From the human T2T-CHM13v2.0 reference genome, Homo sapiens: a DNA stretch of 64,000 nt. Of the stretch, positions 31,698-47,290 are shown piece by piece. The translations under genes were made by a program, and so were the position numbers. The notes beneath the pieces were generated by a model. It searched no databases. It had not been told where the DNA came from and saw only the letters and a program-made list of their open reading frames with translations. Numbering within the stretch: the stretch's first letter is position 1; every line of letters begins with the position of its first letter. Location of the stretch: assembly GCF_009914755.1 (NCBI RefSeq), contig NC_060925.1; one strand, 5' to 3'.

Positions 31698-33764
31698 TAA
31701 GCAAAGCCAGGGCTTATTGCTCCCTTTGCAGATTAGAAAACTGATGCTCAGAGAAAGTGAATGACAGTTAATATCCAGCTAGGCTGTAGCAGAACCACTA
31801 TTTGGACTTAGATCTCTGGTCCCAGGCCAGGGCCATTTCTACTTCTCTATGCTGCCTTCCTTTGAAACAGCTGCTTTCCTCACACCACGCTGAAATGCTT
31901 TTACATCCTGCGCATATATCCAGCAGCTGACTTCCCTCAGAAGGGCATGTCCAAGAAAAAGAAAGAGGGAAGGCTGGGTTTAAGGCATTGCCGTATCTAA
32001 TGCTGACACCGTCACATCTTCTTGGCATCCTGAGTTACCGATCAATTGAATGAACATTTATCAGGCTGCTGCTCCACACCAGGAATGTGGAGGAATTGGA
32101 AGCTCCATGTCTGGGAATGTCCTGGTCACCAGACCCCCCACCAGAGAACCAGCCTATGAATGCTTTCAAAAGCCTATAGATGCTGTCCCAGCTAAAGCCT
32201 TACTACTGATTGAGAATGACAGCCTGGATGAGAGAGAAAGCTTAGGGACGTTGGATTCCAGCTCCAGCCCTGACCTAATAAGCCTTATCGTCTCTCTGGA
32301 CCTCAATTTCCTCCTCTGTAAAATGAGAAAATTGGGCTTAGCAATCTCTGAGACACTATCATATGCTAGCTTTCTAGTTACGTACACATGCACAAAAAGG
32401 ACTCCGTGATCTCCTAAGTCAGTGTCCATGCCTCAGCCTGTGATGGAAATTGATCTGTCATGACAATAACATTGATGTGGTTATGATTGACTATCACATC
32501 ACATGTATTCTCACAATCACTCTATGAGATAAGTATGAGGCTTAAAGGGTTACATTCTGACCCCATAACCACACAGCCAGCAAGATTTGAACTCGGGTCT
32601 CCCTGATGCCATAACCCAGTACCCTGGCTCAGAACAACTCCATTCTGTCTACCCACCGTCACACGGCCCCATATGGGCTGGTGTCTACACACAGCAGCCT
32701 GACCCCATGGGGCACTGCTAGTCTTGTTAGGCTCAGTCTGCCTTCTCATTGAGCTAAAAACAAACAAACAAACAAACAACAACAACAAAAAGCCAACACA
32801 GGCATGTGGTCACCTGTCAGGGCTGGGGCACCCCAGCTTACTGAAGAAGAGCTTTCCATTTCTAACTACATTATGGAGGTGAGTGCTTTCCATTCCTGAC
32901 TTCTGCTGGGCTAGAGCCCCATGCTAGACCCAGCCAAATGGCCTTCTTGCTGCCAGAACCCTGGCAGCTGCCAGTTCCAGAAGGTTACCAACTACAGGTT
33001 TTGAGGTTTGCTCAGCTTTCAAGTCTGGCTACATTCAAGCAGCTGGAGCTGCATTCAAATAAAAACAACTTCTTGATGACCAGTGAGAGCCCAATCCACA
33101 TGGCTGGGCTCTGGACCCCGCAGACACCCGGCAACCTCAAGGTCCAGCTCCTTAGTGAGGGATGCCAGAAGCCTCACACTGGGCCTGCCAATTTAGGGAA
33201 GTTTGGATCCAGCTGGAATCATACACACACCCAGAACTGCAGCCACATGCTTCCCTGTGGCCCCTTTCCTTACCATTCACCACCTGGGCCCAGGGTGGAA
33301 TCCAGCCAGTTGACTTGTCCCTCATCACTAGCCCTATAATCTCCCTTCTTCCTGGAAAAGGAAGCCCCATAGTGGAGCAGTTACCTCTCCTTGTCACCAC
33401 CACTTGATTGCGTACAAGCTACTCTTCACTCCACTCATTCATCCCCGACCTGCTGCTTACCAGTTATGTGGCTCTGGGGAACTCATTTGACCTCTATGTG
33501 CCTCTGTTTCCTTATCTATAAAATGAGGGTGATAGTTGTACCTCAAGGGGTTGTAATAGGATTAAATGAGAGAATGTACATAAAGTACTTAACATAATTC
33601 CTGGTACATAATGTACAGCCTGTGGTGTTAACCATTGGTAATCTATAGATACCAGTTCAATCATTCAGTAACTAAACATCTACATTCTGTGTATGAATAC
33701 TTGCCAAGCTAACTGTGTGGTGGACTCTGTACTAGGGGGTGGCAGTGCAGCTATGAATGCCACT

Positions 33765-33910
33765 GCTGTCATGTTTGCCAATTTCCATAGTGTAAATTCT
33801 CCCACCATGGCCAATTTCAAGCTACCTCCATCATGTCCCTGAACACAGACTTGAGAAGAGGTGCTCACAATCAGCTCTTGAGCCAGTGACAGTTTTGCCA
33901 GTCACTACTT
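33765..33910. mobile_element. MER63-like hAT-Blackjack fragment
   Basis: TTTGCCAATTTCCATAGTGTAAATTCTCCCACCATGGCCAATTTCAAGCTACC. Confidence 0.7.
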
Positions 33911-35309
33911 CTGGTGGACATCTAAGCTGCTCCTCCTGGGATTTGGACCCGAGTGATGAGAGAATCAGGGCTTCAACTGAGGCTGAATTGAGGCTTCTCC
34001 TTCCAACTCTTGGAACTGCTTGTGCTTCTCGTTTCTACTTTATTTCTACATCCTTCCCTGGAGAAATTTCTCCTGCTACTTTATGCCACACTTGACCCAA
34101 TCTGAGGGCTTCATATCTTGAGGCTACCTAAGGTTTCACAGATTACCAACTCAGCCTCCCAGAGCCCACTTTCAGAAATTTGATCACCCATCTTATCTTT
34201 CAGGGTCAGGCTACATGAGTCACTCTATTCTCTCACCCTGGTTTACATTCTGTATTTCACATAACGTGTGTACATTTATTATCTGTCTTCCCATTTGAAT
34301 GTAAGGTTCGTGTAGGCAGGAACACTATATGCTAGTGCCTGGGATAGTGTCTGTCACTCAATATGTATTTGTTGAATCAATGTATAGAAGAATGATTGAT
34401 CACAGGCGACTGACCAGACAGTGGTGTCCCAGCCTTGGGTCAGCTTGCCTCTCTAATCCATTGTCATGGTAAGGAAAGACCATGTGACTCACAAGGCATA
34501 TTGTCATGGACTATCTAGTTCACTCATCACTCGGAGGAGATAACCTTCCCCACAGAAATAACATGCATCCCTGGAAACTTGCACCCCAGGAATTTAAATA
34601 GCCCAAGAATGCGGCTCAAGAATATTCAACTAGAACATCTATAAAATAGCCCAAGAATATTTAAATAGGACATCTCACCTGTAGAATGTGGTCATTTCCT
34701 GGTTTGAGAAATTCTAGCTTGAGTGTGATCAACCTAGCATACATTTGTAGGATTTACATGTTTTGTAGGAGACTTCTATTATATTATCTGCCTCGTACCT
34801 TTTCTTTTATTCTAGGAACAGAATTCCTTTTATTCTAGGAAATCCTACTCCAACACCATCTACTCTTTTGAGTGACTGTCACCATATTCTTGCAGACCCC
34901 CTTTCAGATCATAGCTAGGTGTGCCATGGGTAAGCATATTACTCAAGCTGAGCCCCTTGATTTTTTTTTCTTTTTTGTTTATAAGGCTGTCCTTTGGAAT
35001 ATTTTTTTTTTTACACCAGTGAGAGGAGGTGGTTCAATCTTTTTCTTGTGGTAGAAAGAAGTGTGAAATTTGGAAACTGTTAGTAGCCAGAATTTCCACT
35101 AAGCAAAGAAAGCTAATCTGTAGGAAAAGCTAATGAACCCAATATGCAGAAAACTGGAGACTATGGAGAGCAAGAGTCCTGACAGCATGTGGTTGAGAGC
35201 CAGATGAATGTGTGTTCTTACTGTCATGCATTCAATTCTTCCACCAGTAATTTAGACCTCCCCCAGTCCCACTCCCATCTCCATTACTTTTTTGGTTGAA
35301 GGGAGTTTG

Positions 35310-36409
<1,100 letters not shown>

Positions 36410-37320
36410 TTGGCTGGATTTTTGCTGATTCAAATGCCCATCATATTCCTTCTCATTTTTAAGATTGAACACACTCCTGAGGGCAACCAGAAAGGTTCCT
36501 CTCAGTCAGCTTTCTAGAAACAAACCCTGAAATTACAGCGCTAGAAGCAGACTTGTGATATTTGAAGTGGGGATGGGGGAACAGAATATGAAAAGAAAGA
36601 GTAAGGAAACTATTTACAGAGTATCTATTTTATGCCATGCATGCTAATTTATTATGTTATTAATCTTCACAATAACTATTAGAGAAAACATTATTATCCT
36701 CATACTATGAAAGATAAAACTGAGGTTTGCATAGATTAAGTAATTTGCCTAAGACCAATCCATGATTGAAGTAGAGCCAGGATTTCAACGGAATTCAGCT
36801 GGCTCCAAAGCCCTTATTTGCTCCACCCGACCTGTCCCAGGTGTTAAACCAATAGGAAAATCCAAGGGTCTCTGAGGGGAGAGGAACAACCCTCTCCCTG
36901 TCTGCTTCAAGGCCAGCATTTCCCTCTGCTGCCTGGTTCTGCCTGACAAAGAGAGTGCCCTGCTTCTCTAAGCTCTCACCTTTCTGTTCCACTTGTTTTC
37001 CTGCCTCCCAACTCTGATTTTTTTCTCAAGGGTGCCGATCCAGGTGCACTGCCACAAAATTGCCAATGGATAGGTGTGGCCAAAAATGAGCAATCCGTAC
37101 TTGCATCTCCCCTCCTGCTTCACCTTTAAGCACTTTAAGCAGGTAAGTATCCAGCCTATTTAATGAAAGAGTATTAGAGCGAGGAATCATGTATCCAGCT
37201 TTAGTAATAGTTCTCAGTTCTCTGCAGTCCTTAGAAATGAGTTAACTCTCATAAATACCCAAAATCACTCTTGCTGCTGCAATAAGAGCCAGGATGAAAA
37301 GTGCATATCTGCTAGAGTCA

Positions 37321-37800
<480 letters not shown>

Positions 37801-39538
37801 TCACAGTATCATGAATGTTGTTATTTTATTCTTGTTCTTCATGGAAATAAAGTATATTACCATATAAGAATCAAAGGAATATGTTTCTCCAAAAATGAAA
37901 AAAAAAAAAATCCTCCAGAATGTCACTCTGATAAATTCACTTCTCTGTCATCAAGGTCTGGTGCAGGCATGGGAGGGGATTAAAATGTGTAAACTCCTCT
38001 GATGATCTTTTTCTTAATCAAGAGACCAAGATGGTTTTTGAAGCCAAGTGAGGAGACTTCAGATGAGTGTTTGCTCTAGTTCTTCTCGTATGGATGGATG
38101 TCTTCTAAAAATGTTCTAATGCAGTAGCTTTCATACATTTTTAGTGGTGGAATCCTTTAATCAAATGAAAACTTACAAGGAACTGAAATGTCTAAAACAT
38201 TAATTCATTTATTGAGTGCCTGTTTTGTGCCAGACTCTCTACTAGGCACTGATCGAAACAGAGGAAAGTGGAACTTCCTGGGGTCAAGGTGATGAATGCC
38301 TGAGGCCTGCCCATTTCTCTTCCCATTTTCACCTATTGGTCCCTGAGCTATTCCCACAAATTCCAGGGGTTCCATGGCCCACAGTTTAGAAACTACTTTC
38401 CCAAGACACCTGTGGAAGGTAGCTTCTCAGACCACTAAGAGACAGGAGGAGGAAACTCATGCAGTTTCCACTGACTATGGAGGGAACTTGTTCCCTGTAG
38501 AAGACGAAGTCTAGAATTGATAAATTATTTTCTAGAGTGTTCTGAACAAAGCTGTTGAGTTGCAAACTTGCCCTCCCCTTACCTGCCACTCCCAATGAAC
38601 TGTGCCTTTTCTCTGGAATTTATGGTTTGTATTCTGGCTGCCTCCTAGAATGGAAGTCCTGTACTGGCTCTTAAACCATTTGCTAAAGCTCTGATCTCTT
38701 GTCCACCTCCTGTTGGATATTGAAGTCTCTAGCCATGGGCCATGGGCTGTTCCAACCAAGATACTACTAATCACCAATTATAAGACCCCTCTGATTCCTT
38801 AATACAATGGCCATCCAAGACAAGTAACGGAAGAAAACTCTTCACAGAGGGAGAGGATGCTGGCCACTGTTGGTGGCTGATCTCCTTCCCTTTGAGGTTC
38901 TACTAATATCACTGTACCACCACATTGACCACATGAGGTGTTGCTGGCTCTTTGATGCTGAAGCCCAAAAGTGGGCCAAGGCAGAAGTTGTCCCCTAAGT
39001 CTCGCTAGCAAAGATGGCACATTCAAGCACACTTTTCTTTAAGACTGATAAGAATAAAAGAAAAATCAAACCAAAGAATGGCAGATAGCCATAGAATCTG
39101 GCTTACAAGTTATGGTCTACTCAGTCAAGAGCCCCTATAGTGCACCTCTGCCTGGTTCTCAGACCTCACCCTGGAGCAGAAGCCATCTCTCTCTCGCCAC
39201 TTCTAAGTTATTTAACATCCAGATACCAGAGAGAAAGAACCAAATGAAAACAGCTATCCCCTTCCTTGTCTCCCTGTCTGCCTAAATCTGTACCTTCTAA
39301 ATTCTGGTTTCCTGTCTTATGCTCTCTCTTTACCCAAAAATTACACAGGACATGGCTCCATACTCTCACAGAGAATGATCTTGTCCTAGGTCTTCAACAG
39401 AAAAGGTGTGTCTTTAAAACAATACAAAAAATATCAGCATTACACAAAAGCTGTACTATACATACATGTTATTGAGGTTAGACTAAGGAGGGGGTTGAGA
39501 TTGTCCTTTCACACTAGAATGGAATTAATGTTGCTTAG

Positions 39539-39871
<333 letters not shown>

Positions 39872-40312
39872 TTGACTTTTTGATCCTTCTACCCCATAAC
39901 CTGACACAGTGTCTCCCTTGGCGAACCCTCATACCACTAACTTTCTATGTCTATTATGTCCCTTCACACATATTGTCCCAGATTACAGTTGTTTGGGCAC
40001 TTGTCATATCCACTTCAGTGGATCATACATTTTTTTAAGGTCAAAGGTCTTTACTCAGAAACCTTTTTAATTCTAGTAGAATCTCAGCAGCTCTTCCAAA
40101 CCTTGGCTGCTAAGCTGCCCTATGTCTTCATTTCCCTCTCTCAATAGATATTCTATTTTACCAGACAAGGAGATGCGGGGACCATTAGGTATGAACTTGC
40201 TCAGCCTCCAAACTGATCCATATCTTCTTGTGCCTTTTCTCCAAGGAAGCAATGAGCCACTTCTTGGACAAAGCATGAACCTTAACTTATGCTCTTAGAT
40301 ATGTTTTTAGAA

Positions 40313-40548
40313 AGCTGGTCAGTACAGCCTAATGGTTAAGAGCATATTCTCTGAAACTAGACTGCCAGAGTTTGAATTTCCAAGCCTGTCTGTACTTTGG
40401 TTTCCTCCCCTGTCAAATGAAGACAATAGCAATAGTCCCTGCCTCCAGGGTGATAGTAAGGATTAAATGAGTTAGTGAGTGAAAATTACTCACTACAGAG
40501 AGTGCTTAGCACGTGCCATGAATGTAGTAATTGTTAACTGTTATTACT
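40313..40548 (+). mobile_element. MIR
   Basis: CAGCCTAATGGTTAAGAGCA...AGGATTAAATGAGTTA...GTGCTTAGCAC. Confidence 0.8.
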
Positions 40549-40739
40549 AATTACCTCCCATCACCTTCTATGATTTCTTCAGGGATCTTTTTTCATACCT
40601 TTCCTCAATCTTACTCTCAAGTCTTCTTCATCCTAATAAAGATCTTTCCTTTTACCATACATCTGCTTAACCCACTGCCTTCATGGGCTTCTTTCCTTTA
40701 CAATAGGACTTCTGGGAACAAAAGCTCCTATTCGCTGGC

Positions 40740-41540
40740 TTTATAATCTCACTTCTCGTTCCCTCTCTGACCATCTGCAGACAATCTAGATTCTACACCC
40801 AATGTTCTACTGACTGCTCTGATGAAGCTTATGAAGTGACCTCATTGGTGCTTATCCTACTTAATGTCTCTGAAATGTAACCCTCCTCCCTCCAGAAAAA
40901 ATCTCTCCCCACCTCCTCAACTTCAGTAATCTTACTCTCTCAGTTCTCTTGCTACTTCTCTTAACATTGCCTTCTCTTTCGCTGGCACCATTTCCTCTAC
41001 CAACTCCCTAAATATTAGTACTGTATTTCGAATTATTCTCTCCTTTACCTCTTCTTTCCATAGGGTCTGTGGGCAGATCTGTGTCTTCAGCCCTGACCCC
41101 TTGTCTGAATTTTAGACTCATAGAACCAACTGCTTCCTAAACAAACCACATGCACTCCAAATCAACCAGACCTCCTCCCTATCTCAGAGTCTTCCCAACT
41201 CTCCAACCAGTCACCCAACTTACATATCCCAAGGCCATCCTAGATTCATTACTCACACAGCCAATTAATTATCCCAACCAGATTGTGCCTTCCTTATTCA
41301 TAGTGAACTAGCCTCTCCTGTCCATCACCGCTCTGCAAGTCTAGACCCCTATCATCTCTCCAGTTTGGACTATTGAAGACATTCACTATCTGGCCTTCAG
41401 TCTCTGGTTTCTTACAATAGATAACACAGTCTGCACACAGACTGTGATTACAAAACACTGATCTGTTTTCCTCCATTCTGAATAGAAGCTGGCCACATCT
41501 TCCAATTGCCTATAAACAAAGCCTATCTCCTTAAGCTCAT
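40740..41540 (+). mobile_element. L2 fragment
   Basis: C/T-rich decayed ORF2/3' region (CTTCAGCCCTGACC, CATCCTAGATTC, ATCTCTCCAGTTTGGACTATTG). Confidence 0.6.
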
Positions 41541-41913
41541 ATCTAGCAAAAATCTCACCAAGTACTCTAAGGTTGAGTTACTTTAGACTATCTTTTGTTC
41601 CCAGACTCACTACGGTGGTACTTTGTACTTTGTTGTGTGTAATTCACAGTCGAGCTCAGGCCTTTCTCCTTGTAACATAATCATTAGGACAGACAAGGTG
41701 AGCCCTAGGGTGGTGCCACCAAGCTATATGATCTGCAATGACAGGCTGTGCAATGACAGTCCACGGTTAAACAGTAAGTGGACTGCAGAACCAGGATGTG
41801 AACTCATGTATTTCTTGCCTTCTAGTTCAAACTCATTCTATTGTTCTAGCTGGACTAGTGTTTCTAAATTTCTCTTTTTCTCTCACTGTTTGCATTCATT
41901 TATTCAATGAATG

Positions 41914-42239
<326 letters not shown>

Positions 42240-42439
42240 TAAACGTTTAAAGTAATCTTTAAACAGATATAATTGAAAGCTATTAATTCCCTTTTTACAG
42301 AGGAGAAACTCAAGGTTTAGAGAAGATAAGAAATTTGCCCAAAGTCCCTTGCTAGTAAGTGACAAAATGGAACGTTAAACCCAGGTCACTAACTCCAGAA
42401 CCAAGGCTCCAAATGTTAAGGCTGCCCAGGAGCTCCTGT

Positions 42440-42955
42440 GACTGAGCTCCTAATTCTGCATTGGTTGTGTGAGTGGACACTGCAACTGAGTCCTATAAGG
42501 CCACTCTACCCCAGCCTGAGTGTGTAGGAGTAATCCTCCTTGCCAATGACGGGTTCAGGGACAGGCAGGCCATTTTGTGCCAATGATTAAGAAGGAGAAA
42601 TTTACCGAGAGTTTTTAGGAAAGACACTTTTTGTTAGTCTTAAGAGAAAAATCATAGGAAGCCAGGCTCTCTCTTTGCTACTAGGTGAGAAGAGGGAAGT
42701 GTGTACCCTTGATTGCTAATGACAGCTGCCCTACAAAGATGGAGGAGATCAGCCTTGGGATATAGCCAACACTGTGGACCTCAGAGTACAGAGACAAAAA
42801 GGCCCTAGGTCCTTGCTAAGGTCACTGAGTCTCTTGATCATCCAACCCTAAAACTTCCCTGCCCCAGGGCTTCTCACTGGTGAGCTAATATTGCTTAAGC
42901 CATTTTTAGTTGGATTTTCTGCTGCCCAGAGATAAAAGCATCTTCATTGACACAA
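42440..42955 (+). mobile_element. MLT1K-like LTR
   Basis: GGGTTCAGGGACAGGCA, CCTAGGTCCTTG, TTAAGCCATTTTTAGTTGGATTTTCTG; ends AAAGCATCTTCATTGACACA. Confidence 0.65.
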
Positions 42956-43059
42956 ACACTGACACTAGAGTTGCTGTGCATTGTCATTTGGCCCCTGGAC
43001 CTCATCTAGCAGAAGAGCAGCTATGCTTTCCGGTTGGTGCCCTCACCATCAGTATGATA

Positions 43060-43282
43060 GAGATTAAGCATCCCAAATCTGAAAATCCAAAGCCCAAAAT
43101 GCTCCAGGGAGCATTTCCTGTGAGCGTCATGTTGGCACTCAAAAAGTTTCAGATTTTGGAGCATGCTGGATTTCAAATTTTTAGATTTGGGATGGTCAAT
43201 CAGTGAATAAGTATAATGCAAATATTCCAAAATCCAAAACGTTCCTGCTCTCAAGCATTTTGGATGAGACATACTCAACTTG
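43060..43282. mobile_element. Tigger4a/MER46-like TcMar-Tigger MITE
   Basis: AGCATCCCAAATCTGAAAATCC...GAGCATTTCC...TGAGCGTCATGTTGGCACTCAAAAAGTTTC...ATACTCAACTTG; internal inverted repeat. Confidence 0.85.
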
Positions 43283-43577
43283 AATAATGATTAAAATCTC
43301 TAGCTCTGGAGTCCAAATTTAAATTCCACTTCTTCCACTTCATAGGCGGGCAAATTTTCCTGGGCAAATTTGTTTTCACATTTGTAAAACAGACATAATA
43401 GTAGTAGTGTTACTCTCAAAGGATTGTTGTGAGGATTAAATGAGACAAAGCACAGGGCACTCTTAATGCAGGACCTGGCACTGTAACCATTAGAAATTGC
43501 AGTGACGCATTAAGGTTGGCCCCATCTGTTTCCACCTTCCAGTATGCTTTGCAGCGGAAGTCAAGTGGGTAACAGCT

Positions 43578-43690
43578 GGGGTGACCATATAATTTATCAT
43601 CTAAATCAGAATGCTTTTGTCTGGGAAAAAGGCTAAACTAGAATACAGGGACAATCTGTCCTAGGGAAACCTGGATATATGATCGTTTTG
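43578..43690 (+). mobile_element. MER94-like hAT-Blackjack MITE
   Basis: GGGTGACCATATAATTTATCATCTAAA...CAGGGACAATCTGTCC...GGATATATGATC. Confidence 0.7.
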
Positions 43691-44529
43691 GTAATGTCAA
43701 ATTACCAAATAGATAATTTGGTAATGGGTCCTGGAGCGTATCATTTTCCAGGGAGGGTCACCAACCTAAGATATGATTATTGGGTTCAGCAGTAACTTCC
43801 CAGAGGATCCAGAAGTATAAAATTGTGATCCATGATGAATGGGAGTTCTTTACAAGGAGGCCATTCTTAGAAGAGCTAGACTTCAGCATAAAGCTAACGT
43901 CTAGCATATTTACTTTCTGCATTTATAACAACGGAAACTTTTTACAAGCTCTTTGCAGAAAGCTCTCAGCTTTCCTCTAATCCCATATCTGTAATGCATT
44001 TCAGAGTGACGCTGGGAGGACAGCATTTGAGGACCCATCTTAATGTAATTATATGAGATGGATTCTTACCCCAAGTTGAAAAGATGACTCTCTTTTTCTT
44101 TATTCTGTGCCAAAGAAAATGTCAGGAAATGAGTTCAAGCTGGAATCTTCCCTGCTGCCACCTCGGCAGCTGTATGACAGAGCCCCAGGACCAAGATCAC
44201 ATGCCCTGGCCAACAGCACCAGGATAAAGTTGGCCATCTGTGAGGACCATAAGAAATCCTTTTATACTTCAAACGAGGCCCTTCATTTTTCACTCTACAA
44301 GTTTTCAGGGGGAAAAACTGCCTTACTTCTGGTGCAGTTTGAGAGGAAAGAGTCTTTCTTATGAAGCTGTCAAGTTGTGTGTCCTTAGAGGCATGCCACA
44401 GGGAAATGCATTTGCTCTTTCTCAACAGGCACCTCCAGTGTGGCAGGTGATTTCAAAACTTGACCCCAGAAGCCGTTCCTTGATATCACCAGATCAGAAG
44501 GGACCCACTTTGCAGAACAGTTTAATTCA

Positions 44530-45035
44530 GTCCCCTACTATGCTAGACAGGTGGGTGTCTCCACAGTATCCATTCCACACACATACCGTGGTGTTACTGT
44601 CATGCTGTTTGGATTGACTTGACCCCATTGGCTCCAGGGCTCCAAGCCCTCAGGGTCGTCTCATTGCCCTTTGCCACTGTGGTTCAGGAGTGGACATGTA
44701 ACCTTACTTGGCCCAAACAGAGAGATGTTTGGGGTTTTTCTCTGAATGTTTGTGAGAGTATCTCTCTCCCCCTGACTGGACAGGGAAACGTGTTGCTCCA
44801 AGAGACGCTGGCAGCCATCTTCATATCTTGAGGGAAGCCAGTTAGGATGAGGCAGCCTCACAGAGGAGGCCAGTATGGAGAGAATGGCAGGGAAATAAAA
44901 CCGAATTCCTGGACAAACTATACCTAAAGTTTTTCCCACTTCAGGACTTTTGATTTATTGTGCCTACAAACACCACTTAATGTTACATTGGTTTGAATTA
45001 GATGTCCTCTTACTTGCACCTAAAAGTCTCCTAAG
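44530..45035 (+). mobile_element. MLT1K-like LTR
   Basis: GGTTCAGGAGTGGACATG, GGCAGCCATCTT, TTCAGGACTTTT; ends TACTTGCACCTAAAAGTCTCCTAA. Confidence 0.65.
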
Positions 45036-45217
45036 TCTCTTAGTCTCAAGAGAAAAATCATAGGAAGCCAGGCTAAGTTATGTATTTCTTCACAGGCATT
45101 TATGTGGGTGGCCAGCCCCTTCTGGCCCCTAGTTCTGGCCATTTAAAAGTCACAGCTGCTCTCCTAATGGTTCCTCCTTTGCAGCAACAGAATCGTCATA
45201 GCGCTTTAGAGATGTTC

Positions 45218-45295
45218 TTAACTTGAATCGTATGAAATTGCCGATACTTGGTCATTTTTGGCCCACAAAATGGCAATTTCATATGGTTCAACCAA
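45218..45295. mobile_element. MADE2 mariner-derived MITE (~80 bp)
   Basis: Long inverted repeat TTGAATCGTATGAAATTGCC...GGCAATTTCATATGGTTCAA. Confidence 0.88.
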
Positions 45296-45313
45296 TTAGC
45301 AAGAATCAGCTGC

Positions 45314-45315
<2 letters not shown>

Positions 45316-45345
<30 letters not shown>

Positions 45346-45634
45346 TCTTTTGAGACAAGGTCTGGCTCTGTCACCCAGACTGGAGTGCAGTGGTGTGATC
45401 ATAGCTCATTGCAGCCTTGACCTCCCATGCTCAAGCAATCCTCTGGCCTCAGCCTCCTGAGTAGCTGGGACTATGGGTATGTGCCACCATGCCCAGCTAA
45501 TTGTTTTTATTTTCAGTAGAGATGAGGGCTCACTACGTTGCCCAGGCTGGTGTTAAACTCCTGAGCTCAGGTGATCCTCCTGCCTCGATCTCCTAAAGTG
45601 CTGGAATTACATGTGTGAGCCACTGTGCCTGGCT
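45316..45634 (-). mobile_element. AluJ
   Basis: Antisense dimer with a long T tail; TSD CAGCTGCTT. Confidence 0.94.
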
Positions 45635-45922
45635 ACAGCTGCTTTTTATAACTATGTATAAGGGTCTTTGCTTTACCTACAAAATATCTTTTCTATCCTT
45701 CCACCTGTCTTCATCCCTGTTACCCTTGCCCTGGCCCAAACCAATGCCATCTCTGCCCTGGAGGTGCTACTAGTAGCTCCTAAGCAGCCCCCACCATTGT
45801 TCCTGTCCTCCTCCAATTCACTCTCCATGTTGCAGCCAGAGGGACCTCTTCAAAATGGAAACTGATCCTCTCCTACTTGAAATCCTTTAATGATTTCCCA
45901 TTCATCAGAAAAACGTTTCAGA

Positions 45923-46241
<319 letters not shown>

Positions 46242-46849
46242 ATTTTAGAATCCATAAAACATTCTCAAGGCTCCCTACAACCTGAACTCCTCCTGCATCC
46301 CTTGACTTTCTTAGCTATCTTCACTTCCTCAATTACAGCGTTCTCCCTCTCTTACCTCTTTTTCTCTGCTTATGCTATTTTGTTTGCCTAGAGCATTCTC
46401 CCTGTCACCTGTTGAGATGGGTTGTCTGTCATCAACTTGGTAAAGCCATGCCTGTCTAAGAATAGGAACTACATATCACAGAACTCCCTTTCTCATTGGC
46501 AATGAAATGAATTTGTGTCAGACTTGAAAAGCGGAAATGAGGGAGTCCTTTACTCACCCAAGGCCATGGCAGTCAAATATGGTGGCTATTTGCTGGTAGG
46601 CCATACATGGAGAGCTTGCCACATTGGACGCTTCATAGGACACTGTGTTTATTTTCACCTGTCATCTTTCATTTTGTATGCACATGTTGAACACCTTCTA
46701 TTTACAGACACTGTGCTAGATTCTGGGGAAGAAAATTCAATAGGTTCCAGTCCTGAGGAAAGTCTAAGTCTACTTAGACAGACAGGTAAATAGGGAAGAC
46801 AGACAGGTAAACAGACAGTTACAGGACAGTCTAGAACCATAATTTGAAT

Positions 46850-47290
46850 TGGTTACGATGAAAGTCTAAACATCTCAAACAAAGAGAGCCAATAACACAG
46901 TGGCTTAGGAACAAAGAAGTGTATTTCTCTCTTATGTAACAAATCCCCAGTGGGGAAGTTTCTGCCCCACACTGTCATTCAGGGTCCCAGGTTCCTTCCA
47001 TTCTATTATTCTACCAGCTCACATGGTATTGTCCTCATTTGCATGACTGAAGGTGAGTGGCAACACATCTGTGCTCCCACTTGCAGGAAGCGGGACAGTT
47101 ATGAAGGAGCATGGGCAAAACATTTTAAGGCCCAGAAATAGAAGTAAGCATATCATTGACATGATATTGATGTGAACACACCTAACTGCAAAGTGGGCTG
47201 GGCAGTACGGTTTCCAGCTGCAGCTCAGGTACTACAGGTCCAGGCTCCACTCCATTGTTAGAGAAGGAGAAAAGAGATGTGGGCAACTAG
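46850..47290 (-). mobile_element. MLT1J-like LTR
   Basis: CACAGTGGCTTA...TATTTCTCTCTTATGTAAC...GTCATTCAGGGTCCCAGGTTCCTTCCAT...CACCTAACTGCAAAG. Confidence 0.7.
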
